The notes beneath the pieces are model-generated. The model searched no databases. It saw nothing but the letters and a program-made list of their open reading frames with translations, and was not told the origin of the DNA. Both the position numbers and the translations under genes were made by a program. From an uncultured Gammaproteobacteria bacterium (GTDB taxonomy: Bacteria > Patescibacteriota > Patescibacteriia > 2-12-FULL-60-25), in the NCBI GenBank assembly GCA_964437285.1, contig CAYTGF010000002.1, forward strand, positions 3,543 to 67,542: a stretch of 64,000 nucleotides of DNA. Direction: 5' to 3'. Numbering within the stretch: the stretch's first letter is position 1; each line of letters starts with the position of its first letter. Positions 50,840 through 60,918 of the stretch are shown one piece after another.

Positions 50840-51400
50840 CTATTTTTTTTCCGAGACGGGCACGTAACCAGGAGTTCGATCGCGCATCGTAGTCGTTGGA
50901 ACCTGATCACGCGTGGTGGTTGGGCGGTTGTTGCGGAGGAGTTCGCGCTCGGCTTCGGTGATTGGAGCGGCGGCGGGAGCGGCTTCGCCTCGGCAGGCGC
51001 GACGGGTGTCGAGCATGAGGCCCTCAAGACGGTTAAGACGCTCTATGAGTTGCGCATTTTCTGAGCGAAGACCGTTTGCGGTGCTTGTTGCGGCTCGTTC
51101 TGTGCGCGCTTGAGCGGTCTGAAAGACCATGGCTCCCGTGAGCACGATCGCGAATCCGGTGATGATTGATGCAGACCAAATATGACTCACCCCTTGTGCA
51201 GCATGTAATGCGTGGTGATCGCGGATATGAGAGACAGGGCCAACGTAGCGGACGTTGCAGCTCCGTTCACACCCACTGTGACCACAGGCCGATGAACCCA
51301 TCGGTTCGACGGGAGGCGCTCCGCCTTCGGCAGACGACGATGAAGCAGCGCTCATTGAGCGGCGCCTCGACACGGAACGCTTGCGGATTTCCTCCGACAT
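50840..51400 (-). CDS. hypothetical single-pass membrane protein
   Basis: One TM segment (IWSASIITGFAIVLTGAMVF) plus a coiled-coil tail. TGgTATACT lies upstream of ATG 51400. Confidence 0.4.
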   Translation of the reverse strand: MSEEIRKRSVSRRRSMSAASSSSAEGGAPPVEPMGSSACGHSGCERSCNVRYVGPVSHIRDHHALHAAQGVSHIWSASIITGFAIVLTGAMVFQTAQARTERAATSTANGLRSENAQLIERLNRLEGLMLDTRRACRGEAAPAAAPITEAERELLRNNRPTTTRDQVPTTTMRDRTPGYVPVSEKK

Positions 51401-51525
51401 AGAAAAGAAAGAACTTAAGAGTAGACAGAACAAAGTATACCACACATCTCGTGTGTCTGCCTACAACGAATTATGCACACAACTCGCTAGACAACGCTCT
51501 GCGCCCGTTTTACCAAGAAGAGCGT

Positions 51526-53367
51526 ATGCTTTCCCCTCGTTTTTTCCGCCCACGTCTGCTGGGCCTCAGTGCCTTTCTCTTGGCTGTTGGTTGTTTATTC
51601 GCTCTTCAAGGTCAAGCGGCGCAACCGTGGCAACTCCAAGATCTTCGTCCAGCGCTCACTTCTCGCGCAGGAGCGCTCACCGCGATGGCCGGACGAGGTT
51701 CTGACTGGCTTGCAAGCGATGGTCAGAATCTCTGGTCGCTCTCCACTAATAGCGATGTCACCGACTATACGGATAAAGCCCGCGAATCCGGGACCATTGC
51801 GGCGATCGGCACAGATGGCACGCAGTATCTTATCGGCTGGAATCAGGGCAACCAACTCCGTTTTAGCGTCACAAATCTCACAACTTGGTCCTTGGTTGAT
51901 GGTCCTCGCTTCAACGATCGTACGATCCAGGCCATCCACGGCCTCAATGGTCGTTGGGCGGTTCTCTCGGAAGACCGGGCGTCTACAGGATCCCTCCCAC
52001 GAAGCTGGAACATCACCACGTGGCAAAACGGCATGATTCCAGAAACGCTGCTTTTGCCCACCGGAGCCTCAAGTTTTGTTTCTGGATGTTTTAAAGAGCT
52101 TTCCGGAGCGAGCATTTGTACCGGTCGTGCAGCATTCGTCCCTCTTCAGAACGAGTGGTATCTCATCGCGGGTGGATCAGAAACGCGCGCCGCTGACGGT
52201 CGTACTCAGCAAGAAGCATCCGTGAAAATTTGGAAATGGAAGGGCGAATCAACGTTTGAGGCTCTTTCTTCTGCCCCAACCGCACGTTTTGTGAGCGGTG
52301 TCTGGTCAGGCGAAAACCAGCTCTTGCTCGCGACCACAAACGCCGTCACCAATCCCTTCGCCGCTGACACCTACTGGACCTTTGATGGCCGCTCCTTCCG
52401 ACCATATAGAGAAGGGCCGCTTGCCGCAGGACTCCTGTCCGTTGATACCCGAGCCGTCCGCGCCGCTTGGAATGGCCAAGGCTGGACCATGACCGCTGGT
52501 GCGTCGCTCATTCGATTTGAACGCGGATCTTTCCAAGTTGAAGGCACCTTGCGCGACCTCCCTACGCAGATGAGCGGCTCAATAAACGGTGCAAGCCTTA
52601 TCGCGAGCGACACGAGCTTGCTCTTGGTGAAAAAGACGGTTACTCATGACCAATCCACGAGCTTCATTCGACCACTCATTACCCCAGAACCAAACAGCAT
52701 TACCACGTTTACGCTGAATGCCACCCCTGGAAATGCGACGATTGAAAATGGCTCCACCTTCACCTTTCGCGCGAGCGCGCATGATGAAGACGGTGTCGAA
52801 AAGGTGGAGATCTACGTACACAACACAAAAATCAAGACCTGTGAAAGTGATGCTTGCTCCTACACGCAAACATTTTGGACAACACAGCCCACCTCTACAG
52901 AAACCCTGTTCTTTGCTCGAGCCTATGATCGACGCGGAAATGCGGCTGATAGTCAGCTCATCCGGTTAACCGTAAAAAGTGGACCTGTGAACGAAGCCAC
53001 GTTTATAGCAAAGAGCGACCCCGGACGTATGCCCGCTGGTCTCCGCTGGGAAAAAGACACGAACTCAGGCGTGAGCTACACACTCTGGTCAACCCCTTCA
53101 AGCACACCAAATACCCTGTACGCCGAAGATCTTCGAACGCTCTCCGTTGCCGCCATGCACCCACAAGGCATCGAACAGATGGAGTTCTGGGTGAATGGTC
53201 GCGTCGAGCGCATCTGTCACGACGAAGAATCCGGTATCTCTTTCTGTCAGGTTCCCCTCCTCGGACGGAATTTTCCCATCGGCACAGAAGTCTTCATCAA
53301 CGCCAAAATCACCACAAAAGATGGTCGTGAAGCCTGGACCAAGGCCACACGTCTCCAACGCCAGTAA
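51526..53367 (+). CDS. secreted hypothetical protein (beta-propeller-like N-region plus two Cys-pair beta-sandwich modules)
   Basis: Signal peptide from ATG 51526. C-terminal modules resemble those of 26698..28122. Confidence 0.65.
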   Translation: MLSPRFFRPRLLGLSAFLLAVGCLFALQGQAAQPWQLQDLRPALTSRAGALTAMAGRGSDWLASDGQNLWSLSTNSDVTDYTDKARESGTIAAIGTDGTQYLIGWNQGNQLRFSVTNLTTWSLVDGPRFNDRTIQAIHGLNGRWAVLSEDRASTGSLPRSWNITTWQNGMIPETLLLPTGASSFVSGCFKELSGASICTGRAAFVPLQNEWYLIAGGSETRAADGRTQQEASVKIWKWKGESTFEALSSAPTARFVSGVWSGENQLLLATTNAVTNPFAADTYWTFDGRSFRPYREGPLAAGLLSVDTRAVRAAWNGQGWTMTAGASLIRFERGSFQVEGTLRDLPTQMSGSINGASLIASDTSLLLVKKTVTHDQSTSFIRPLITPEPNSITTFTLNATPGNATIENGSTFTFRASAHDEDGVEKVEIYVHNTKIKTCESDACSYTQTFWTTQPTSTETLFFARAYDRRGNAADSQLIRLTVKSGPVNEATFIAKSDPGRMPAGLRWEKDTNSGVSYTLWSTPSSTPNTLYAEDLRTLSVAAMHPQGIEQMEFWVNGRVERICHDEESGISFCQVPLLGRNFPIGTEVFINAKITTKDGREAWTKATRLQRQ

Positions 53368-53395
53368 AAAAAGAGGCTCTCGAGCCTCTTTTTTC
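53366..53395. terminator. bidirectional terminator
   Basis: AGAGGCTC/GAGCCTCT hairpin with A7/T6 flanks. Confidence 0.75.
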
Positions 53396-55219
53396 TTATT
53401 TTTTGTTCTGTACTCGTTCGCGGATAAGGGTGAGGAGCTGGTCACGATCAAGGACGTGCTGTTCTTGTTCACCGCGTACACGGACGGTAAATGGTTGACC
53501 TGAAGCTTCTTTTTCTCCAATGACGAGGGTCACCGGAATTTTCATTTGCTCTGCTTTTCGAATCTTTTTTCCGACGGATTCAGATGAGTCGTCGGTTTCG
53601 ACACGAATCCCTGATGCTCGGAGCCATCCGGCGATTTCGTGGACATTCTCTGTGAAGCGATCGGCGACGGACGCGACCATAACCTGCGTTGGAGCGAGCC
53701 AGAGCGGGAATGAACCGGCGTAGTGCTCGATCGCGATTGCGAGGAACCGCTCAATTGAGCCCATGATCGCGGCGTGGATCATGACGATACGTTCACGCTC
53801 TCCTTGCTCGTTCACACAGACCAGATCAAACCGTTCTGGCATGTTCATATCGAGCTGAATCGTCGCGACTTGCCACTCACGGCCTAACGAGTCCTTTGCC
53901 ATAAAGTCGAGTTTTGGCCCGTAGAAAGCGGCTTCGCCAATGCCATCAAAGGCATCCGCTCCTTGTTCTTTTGCGATATCGCGGAGCAATCCTTCCGCGA
54001 GCGCCCAACGCTCAGGATCGCCGAGGTACTTTTCTGAATGTTCAGGATCGTGGAGAGAGAGTCGGACGCGCAGATGGAATCCGAATGAACCGTAGAACTC
54101 GTACACAATCTTCCAAATACGGAGAAACTCTTCCTTTGCTTGGCTCATGCGGCAAAAGACGTGGGCGTCGTCTTGGGCGAAGGCGCGCACGCGTGACAAG
54201 CCGGAAAGCTCGCCGGACTGTTCATCGCGATAGCACGTCGTGGTATTTGCGTACCGTTGCGGTAATTCACGATAACTCCAAAGTTTGCGCGCGTAAATCT
54301 GAGTGTGGTGAGGGCAGTTCATCGGCTTCATCGCAAACTCATGCCCTTCACGCGTCACAACGCGAAACAAATCATCTTTATATTTTTCCCAGTGTCCACT
54401 GGTGATATAGAGCTCCTTCTTCGTGATGTGCGGAATTTCGACACGAACATACCCCTGACGTTCACGCAACTCCCAAACATAGGCGTCGAGTAAGTTGCGC
54501 AAGAGTGTTCCACGAGGCGTCCAAAGCGGCAAACCCGGACCCACAAGATCCGAAAACGTGAACAGATCGAGCTCTGGACCAAGTTTTTTGTGGTCTCGTT
54601 TTTCTGCTTCTTCGACCATCTTCGCGTGGGCATCAAGCTCTTCCTGCGTGGAAAAACACCAGCCGTACACGCGCTGAAGCTGAGGATTCGTGTCTTTCCC
54701 TCGCCAATAGGCCCCGGCGATCTTTGTGAGTTGTACGGCACCAATTTGATTTGCTGTTTCCACGTGTGGACCACGGCATAGGTCCACGAATGAACCTGTT
54801 CGATACACGCTCACCGAATCAACATTCGCCGCGTCAAACTCCTCGCCCACGTCTTTGACCGCAGTGGTGCCCTTCGTTTTTAAATCGTTCAATAATTCAA
54901 CTTTATAGACCTGCTCGAGACCTTCAAATAGGGCAATTGCCTCATCGATTGTCAGTTCTTCGCGAATAAACGCAGGGTTTTCTTTCACGATAGTGGTCAT
55001 TGTCTCTTGAATGCGCGACAAATCCTCCGTCGTGAACGGACGAGAGAGGTCAACATCGTAATAAAATCCATGCTCGATCGTTGGACCAACGCCAAATTTT
55101 GCATCGGGAAAAAGACGCTGAATCGCCGCGGCCATGACATGGGCGGCGCTGTGACGACGCATTTCAAGAGAGATAGACATACGCCCTGGCATCTTGCCAG
55201 GGCGTTCGTGGATGGTCAA
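53396..55219 (-). CDS. thrS: threonine--tRNA ligase (no TGS domain)
   Basis: Begins at the RHSAAHVMAAAI editing/SAD region, then class II core and anticodon-binding domain. TTG start abuts the upstream stop, so the start is uncertain. Confidence 0.93.
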   Translation of the reverse strand: MTIHERPGKMPGRMSISLEMRRHSAAHVMAAAIQRLFPDAKFGVGPTIEHGFYYDVDLSRPFTTEDLSRIQETMTTIVKENPAFIREELTIDEAIALFEGLEQVYKVELLNDLKTKGTTAVKDVGEEFDAANVDSVSVYRTGSFVDLCRGPHVETANQIGAVQLTKIAGAYWRGKDTNPQLQRVYGWCFSTQEELDAHAKMVEEAEKRDHKKLGPELDLFTFSDLVGPGLPLWTPRGTLLRNLLDAYVWELRERQGYVRVEIPHITKKELYITSGHWEKYKDDLFRVVTREGHEFAMKPMNCPHHTQIYARKLWSYRELPQRYANTTTCYRDEQSGELSGLSRVRAFAQDDAHVFCRMSQAKEEFLRIWKIVYEFYGSFGFHLRVRLSLHDPEHSEKYLGDPERWALAEGLLRDIAKEQGADAFDGIGEAAFYGPKLDFMAKDSLGREWQVATIQLDMNMPERFDLVCVNEQGERERIVMIHAAIMGSIERFLAIAIEHYAGSFPLWLAPTQVMVASVADRFTENVHEIAGWLRASGIRVETDDSSESVGKKIRKAEQMKIPVTLVIGEKEASGQPFTVRVRGEQEQHVLDRDQLLTLIRERVQNKK

Positions 55220-56566
55220 TTATCGTACTTCCATCTTGATTCGATCGGTGAGGCGAGGGATTTTGCCGATCCAGCCCGGCTTGAGGGTGATATCTACCGC
55301 CTCTACTCCCTCGATACCCCTCAGATACTGCTCTGCTGTGCTCTTGGACTTTCCCGCGATCTCTGTTGAAGCGAGAGCTGGGGTGGTTGGAACTAACCGG
55401 TATTCTGCATTGGTGATGACACGTAAACGAGCTCGCTCCCCTTCTTTGTCCACGGATTCAGGGACGTACACAAAGTCTTGCTCTTCAAATGGGAGAAACT
55501 CTTGCCCTTCTGGAAGTTTTTCGCGCAACCGTGAGCGGATGAGCTGCTGCATATCGTCTGCGGAGTAGAACACCCCGATCACTTCTACATCTACTTGCGC
55601 GGTAAACGCACTTGCCGTCTGCCCCGCACGAGCGGTGGCAGATTTTGCCGTCGTATTCACAAAATAGGCTGCACCTGTAAATCGCGCATCGTTCATATTG
55701 GCAAGGAGCAGCTTTTTCGCCTGCTCTACCACTTGTTGCGTAAGCGCTTCATAGGCTTCATCCAAATTCTGCTGGGTGACGATTGCTCGATCACTGCGAG
55801 GAATAGTGGATGTCGCAACAGGGCTGGGCGTAGGAGCTGACGCAGGCGCCACCGGAGCCGATCCTGCTTTCATGGTAAATGCCTCTGATGATTCCGCGTA
55901 GATCAAGGGCTGCAAATCAATCCAAAGCCCTGGGATCGTGAACTTCGTGGGAGCGATCGCATACGCTTCCCCTGGCTGGTCTGCGGTGACCGCGACACTC
56001 GCTCGACCTCCTGCAGGCACCACTACACGACGATCAATACGATACAGTTGGTTATCTTTCGTGAGTAACCGCGTCTTTTCTACGAGCGTTTGTGGTTTTG
56101 AGTAGGTATTCACAATCGTCACCTGGCCACGAGCATAGGTGCTTGCGGTACCTGTAGACGGGGTAGAGGTGGCGAGCTTTGGAGATTCGGTTGTGGTGGA
56201 AACGGGAACAGAAACGACTGGTGCACTTGATGAGGCCGCGACCTGAAATTCTTGCGTTTTACGCATCGGCACAGAAAGCACCCGGCCCGCAATCTGCGCA
56301 GCCCCTGATGGCTGCGGCGTAATTTCGACGACGCTCTCCCCACGAACTGGCGTGCGACGCACACGAACGGCCACTTCCGCCTCAACGGAGGAAAGCCATA
56401 AAATCCCAACCAGAATCAACGCCGTGAGTCCAAAAAACGTATACGCGATGCGACGATAAAACGCCGCGTGCGAAGGAGGAGCAAACGTTGGAGCGGTAAT
56501 GGGAACGATCGGGGTTCGGCGCGGGCCACGGACAGTCATAGGAAGGAACTTGTAAGAGTATACCAC
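55220..56566 (-). CDS. hypothetical membrane-anchored protein
   Basis: 448 aa with an N-terminal TM helix. In operon upstream of thrS. An alternative ATG is at 56539. Confidence 0.6.
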   Translation of the reverse strand: MVYSYKFLPMTVRGPRRTPIVPITAPTFAPPSHAAFYRRIAYTFFGLTALILVGILWLSSVEAEVAVRVRRTPVRGESVVEITPQPSGAAQIAGRVLSVPMRKTQEFQVAASSSAPVVSVPVSTTTESPKLATSTPSTGTASTYARGQVTIVNTYSKPQTLVEKTRLLTKDNQLYRIDRRVVVPAGGRASVAVTADQPGEAYAIAPTKFTIPGLWIDLQPLIYAESSEAFTMKAGSAPVAPASAPTPSPVATSTIPRSDRAIVTQQNLDEAYEALTQQVVEQAKKLLLANMNDARFTGAAYFVNTTAKSATARAGQTASAFTAQVDVEVIGVFYSADDMQQLIRSRLREKLPEGQEFLPFEEQDFVYVPESVDKEGERARLRVITNAEYRLVPTTPALASTEIAGKSKSTAEQYLRGIEGVEAVDITLKPGWIGKIPRLTDRIKMEVR

Positions 56567-56569
56567 GTT

Positions 56570-56854
56570 CTATTCTCCAAGGCGAAATACGATGAACTCT
56601 GGACGATTCCAGAGCCTCGTCACAAGCGGGACACCAAAGACGAGTACCGCCTGTACGCACAAAATCGCAGGCGCAACAAGCGCTACGTGCACAAGCCATC
56701 GTGCCTTTGAGGGGCGCGTGATAGCTGTTCGTGAAGCCCGTGTATCAAGAGCGTAAAGTCCTTCAAGCTCCTGTTGCAAAGCACGCTCATGAGGCGAAGA
56801 ACGGCGTACTTTACGAGTACGAGCACGAGCTGGTTTACGGGTTCGAGGAGGCAT
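56570..56854 (-). CDS. small hypothetical membrane protein
   Basis: 94 aa from ATG 56854. Basic N-terminus and one TM helix. Overlaps the upstream gene end by 20 nt. Confidence 0.4.
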   Translation of the reverse strand: MPPRTRKPARARTRKVRRSSPHERALQQELEGLYALDTRASRTAITRPSKARWLVHVALVAPAILCVQAVLVFGVPLVTRLWNRPEFIVFRLGE

Positions 56855-59615
56855 ATCGAGAGAAAAGAGCGAAGAGCGTTTGATCGCGGGTGAGCGATGG
56901 TTGTTCCCATTCAATAACCCCTGGTTTTGTACGCGTCATCCCTGGCCCAAGTCGCACAATCTGCCACGTCGCTGGATAGGTGATTTGCAGATGGTGCCGA
57001 CGAGGGGCTCCTGACTGTGAATAGAGCTCCAGAACGTACGCATCCGTAACCGATTGATCTCCTGTTCCGTCAAGGAGCGCATGCGCCATATCTTCCGTTG
57101 ATCGTGCGAGCTTATACGAAAAGGCGGTTTCACGGCTCATCCCTGGACGCAGCTGTATCCAACCTCCTGCAACCGATCGCCCACGTTCTTGGCTGAGATC
57201 CATCTGTTCTCCGCTCGAAGTGAGTGCGCGCGTAGTGGTAGGACTCCCAGGAAATACGGTTTCTTTTTCGGTTGGCACCTCAAAGAGCGTAGAGCTCGGC
57301 ACCTCAAACCCTTCGGCATCCGTAAATACGGTTCCTGGAGAGGTGTACAGTCTGAGATACTGCACGTTATTCGCCCCTTGAAATATCTGTCCCGCGACCC
57401 CCCTATGCTCGCGTGCAAGCAAAACCCGCTCCTCAACAGCTCCCTGCTCGTTAATAGAGACGAGTTGATGAACCTCTTCTTGAATAACGGTATCGGATTT
57501 TTGCCCCGCAATATTCGCTCCCACGACCCCGAGAGACGCAAACACTTCCGTCGCGCGCCACTCACCGGTCCACCCAAATGATCTCGCTGCCTCCTGCTCT
57601 GCCGCTCGAGAAAACCAGAGCTGAATCTCTTTTGCTTCAAGCGATGCGGCAAGCAAACTTGCGACCTCGGGCCATCGCTCAGGGCCGAGACTCTGTAAAC
57701 GAGCCATCACCTCTTTATTCAAATCTCCCACAAAGGCTTTTGGTGTATTCACTGTTCGATCATATTCGAGCTCAACGGCTTTTTGTGTTTCAAAAATCAC
57801 ATTCTCCGCTGTTACCCGCTTGTTGTACGCCGGCATCTCGATCGGACCCGTAAGCTTGAGAAGCTTTGGCAAAATCGTGGAATTCACGGCGATAATCCCA
57901 TCCACTGTTGGCTGACCTGCGGCACTCCAAAAACGTCCGACGGTCATCGCGGTTTCTTGAAAATCTGGTGACCAGTTCGCGTCTTGAAACTCCCAACGCT
58001 GCCCCACAAGACGTAACGGCTCCGGTGGACGCCAGCGTGCACGCAGCTGACTGCGTAAATCATAAGGTCCGCCCCCAGGAACATGCAGTTTACGAATCAC
58101 TCCTCGATCAAGCGTGACTTCCGCATATGACCCCATGAACCCTCCGCTTGGACGGAGCTCACCGGTATTTTGAAACAGTACAAGATACGTACGAGACTGC
58201 TCATGCCCCACCATCGCGAGAAGAAGCGACGCGAGCTTCTCTGCGGATGCGAGCATGGGCTCGAGAGTAAAAAGCATGGTTTGCACCTCCGTCACCTGGC
58301 CGCGGAGCGCTTCAGGGAGAGTTTCGGGGCGAATCTGATGCGCGGCGAGAAAAAGCCGATCGATATACGGCTGTGCCTCGCGCAGATACTTCTGAAATCG
58401 AACGAGACGCTCATCCGGGGTTGCAACGTCTCCGTCAGAGAGTCGCGCTACTCCAAGGCTCACGAGCCTCGCTGCTTCCGCGCCCTCTTGTGCGGCCGTG
58501 AGAAGGGCTTGGGCGGTTTTCGCGGCGGCTCGCGTCGATGGAACGAGTTGCGCAAGCGAAAACGCCATCCCATGCGTCTGCTCAAGATTCTTGGTGATGC
58601 TTTCAAGGTCCGCCATGCGATCTGACCACGAAGCGAAATCCGCTATTGAGCTCAAAGATCTAGGCCTGAGCTCGGATGCAACAGAACGCGTTTCTTCGAG
58701 AGAGCGGGTAAAAGACCTCGACCAGGACACCGCGCCCGCAGGCATCGCGACAAGACACAACAGTCCAAAAAACGCGATCACCACTCGTCCAGGACGAATA
58801 CTCGCTTGCACATAGGGAGCTTTCCATGCTTCTTCCACGTCTTCCACCAATTCTTGCTCCCGTTCTCGCGCCCCCGCCCAGCGCTCACCAAGTGATTGTC
58901 GCCATCTAGCAAAAAGAGAAGCTGTTTTTTTGTTTTCTGGCTGCGCCAGTTGCTCGGATTCCAGAAGCGCAATATCTACGCTATCCGGTTGTTCTAATGG
59001 TTCACACTGATTGCATTCATCGGATCCAAGAAAAGAGATATGTGCTTCGTTGAACGGTTTCGTGTCGGGGGTGACGATCTCGATGTTTTCAAAAACTTTT
59101 TTTGAAACCGGTGGAGGAGCGGGTGTCCAACGGATAAACGGCTTTCGTAGCCGAGTCCAAAGGCCTCGTCGACTTTCACGAAGTGCCTCGTCAGGATCAC
59201 CCGGAGTGAACTGGCAGGAAAAATAGTCTGGATCTACCGCATCAATCCACAAATCACTCGTACGCACGAGGACCGCATTCACATCAACCCCATCAAGCAT
59301 GGGCGTTTGCCAACGGTGCATCGAGCGATGAAATGGCTCGCGCACTTCTTCTACCGGCTTTGCAACAACCCCCTCCAGTCGAATCAGATGCTCGCTCGCT
59401 TCATGTGGTTCATGGTGAATAGACACGGGGACGCGGCGTGTACGCTTGGCCTCCTGTCGAATATCTTGCGCAATTTGAATATCGCGCTCGCTCTCAGGGA
59501 GAGAGTGAGTGAATATCGAGACCGTCTCACGTTCAAGCACGTCTTCAAGTTGTGCTTCGAGACGTTCTTGGCGTGATCGACGTTTTTTTGGAGCAGGAGC
59601 GTCCTGAAAGTTCAT
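56835..59615 (-). CDS. DUF4012-like large membrane-anchored protein
   Basis: 926 aa. The central block NTGELRPSGGFMGSYAEVTLDRGVI..HVPGGGPYDL resembles DUF4012 proteins as I recall them. Confidence 0.7.
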   Translation of the reverse strand: MNFQDAPAPKKRRSRQERLEAQLEDVLERETVSIFTHSLPESERDIQIAQDIRQEAKRTRRVPVSIHHEPHEASEHLIRLEGVVAKPVEEVREPFHRSMHRWQTPMLDGVDVNAVLVRTSDLWIDAVDPDYFSCQFTPGDPDEALRESRRGLWTRLRKPFIRWTPAPPPVSKKVFENIEIVTPDTKPFNEAHISFLGSDECNQCEPLEQPDSVDIALLESEQLAQPENKKTASLFARWRQSLGERWAGAREREQELVEDVEEAWKAPYVQASIRPGRVVIAFFGLLCLVAMPAGAVSWSRSFTRSLEETRSVASELRPRSLSSIADFASWSDRMADLESITKNLEQTHGMAFSLAQLVPSTRAAAKTAQALLTAAQEGAEAARLVSLGVARLSDGDVATPDERLVRFQKYLREAQPYIDRLFLAAHQIRPETLPEALRGQVTEVQTMLFTLEPMLASAEKLASLLLAMVGHEQSRTYLVLFQNTGELRPSGGFMGSYAEVTLDRGVIRKLHVPGGGPYDLRSQLRARWRPPEPLRLVGQRWEFQDANWSPDFQETAMTVGRFWSAAGQPTVDGIIAVNSTILPKLLKLTGPIEMPAYNKRVTAENVIFETQKAVELEYDRTVNTPKAFVGDLNKEVMARLQSLGPERWPEVASLLAASLEAKEIQLWFSRAAEQEAARSFGWTGEWRATEVFASLGVVGANIAGQKSDTVIQEEVHQLVSINEQGAVEERVLLAREHRGVAGQIFQGANNVQYLRLYTSPGTVFTDAEGFEVPSSTLFEVPTEKETVFPGSPTTTRALTSSGEQMDLSQERGRSVAGGWIQLRPGMSRETAFSYKLARSTEDMAHALLDGTGDQSVTDAYVLELYSQSGAPRRHHLQITYPATWQIVRLGPGMTRTKPGVIEWEQPSLTRDQTLFALFSRYASSNP

Positions 59616-60718
59616 GAAACCCGTAGAAGGTGAGCGAAATCACGAGTCGCCTGATCCCAGCGATGTCGTGCGCGAATATCCTCACAGCCGGCCGGAACTT
59701 CCGCTTGTAGAGTGCTGCGAGTCTGCAAAGCCTCCTTCCACCTCTCTATCATATCAGCTTCATCTCCGTTTCGAAAGAAGCGGACACCCTTTTTTGGCAA
59801 CACTTCCACCAAGCACGGCGTATCACTCGCGAGCACAGGACATCCCATCATGAGCGCTTCAAGCGGCGGCAAGCCAAATCCTTCTTCAGACGAGGCAAAA
59901 ACAAAGAGCTCCGCATCACGACACCAGGTCACAAGCTCTTCATCCGTCACGCGACCCACGAATTTCACACGCGGAATCCCTTCACGGATAACTCGCTCTT
60001 CGTACCGCTTCATAAACACATCTCGCTCCCCCGCGAACACAAGCGCGTGTTCTGGATACGCGAGCGCAAGCACTTTCCAAGCGCTCAGCACAAGATCTAC
60101 TCGCTTATGTGGGTACACGGAGCCCAGCAATAAACAGTACGGACTCGCATACAACCGTCCTCCAAAAGCAGGCCTTGGAAGATCCACTCCCTCGCCCACC
60201 ACCTCTACGACCGTCTTCGCCCAGGGGAAAAGCTGGTGCAAGTCCTGCTTAACGTAATGTGTTGGAACCCCAATCGCGGAGGAACGCCACACAACAAATG
60301 GAACGAGTTGTCGTTGGACAACATTCTTGAATTTTGCGATCCACGGATGACGCAAACTCAGCTTTGAAGCGACGGGTTGGTGGAATAAGAGAAAATCATG
60401 CAAAAAGCACACCATCTTTCCAGGCCAGAGCACGGGAATATTCCAGTGAAAAAACAGGGCAAGCGAGGGACGCTCCCGCGACAAAAGCCCCGCCACCAGA
60501 AACTGCTCCGCGAATCCATACCACCCAATATCACGCCGAATAATCCGCACGTTTGGGAGTTTGGGAATCATGGCAATTTGCTCCGGATACCGGACCAAAA
60601 TACACCACTCATGCTCCGGCAAAAGGTGGATAAGTCTGGGCAAAATCGACTCTACAACCCGCCCAATTCCCCTGGTCACCGTCGCCCCGATCATACGGGC
60701 ATCAACAAAAACTTTCAT
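59612..60718 (-). CDS. glycosyltransferase (GT-B, family 4-like)
   Basis: SSEEGFGLPPLEALMMGCPVLAS motif. Start at ATG 60718; the longer track ORF runs antisense through tRNA-Pro. Confidence 0.85.
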   Translation of the reverse strand: MKVFVDARMIGATVTRGIGRVVESILPRLIHLLPEHEWCILVRYPEQIAMIPKLPNVRIIRRDIGWYGFAEQFLVAGLLSRERPSLALFFHWNIPVLWPGKMVCFLHDFLLFHQPVASKLSLRHPWIAKFKNVVQRQLVPFVVWRSSAIGVPTHYVKQDLHQLFPWAKTVVEVVGEGVDLPRPAFGGRLYASPYCLLLGSVYPHKRVDLVLSAWKVLALAYPEHALVFAGERDVFMKRYEERVIREGIPRVKFVGRVTDEELVTWCRDAELFVFASSEEGFGLPPLEALMMGCPVLASDTPCLVEVLPKKGVRFFRNGDEADMIERWKEALQTRSTLQAEVPAGCEDIRARHRWDQATRDFAHLLRVS

Positions 60719-60793
60719 ACGTCCAGCATAGGAACTACGCACCCCCTTGGCAAAACACTCCCCATCATGCATACTACCCGAGCAAAACCTTGT

Positions 60794-60870
60794 CGGGGCG
60801 TAGCTCAGTTGGCTAGAGCGCCTGGTTTGGGACCAGGAGGTCGCAGGTTCAAGCCCTGTCACCCCGACCA
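60794..60870 (+). tRNA. tRNA-Pro (anticodon TGG)
   Basis: CGGGGCG-TA-GCTCAGTTGGCTAGAGC-G-CCTGG-TTTGGGA-CCAGG..GCAGG-TTCAAGC-CCTGT-CACCCCG-ACCA, with one C-A mismatch in the acceptor stem. Confidence 0.88.
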
Positions 60871-60918
60871 TCAAAAACCTTTGCTAGTATGCGAGGGTTT
60901 TTTGATAGTCGACCGTAT

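Noticed and set aside
60719-60874. N-terminal extension of the glycosyltransferase ORF (MMVGVTGLEPATSW...)
   Set aside because: The extension is the antisense translation of tRNA-Pro. The internal ATG at 60718 gives a normal GT N-terminus (MKVFVDARMIG...).
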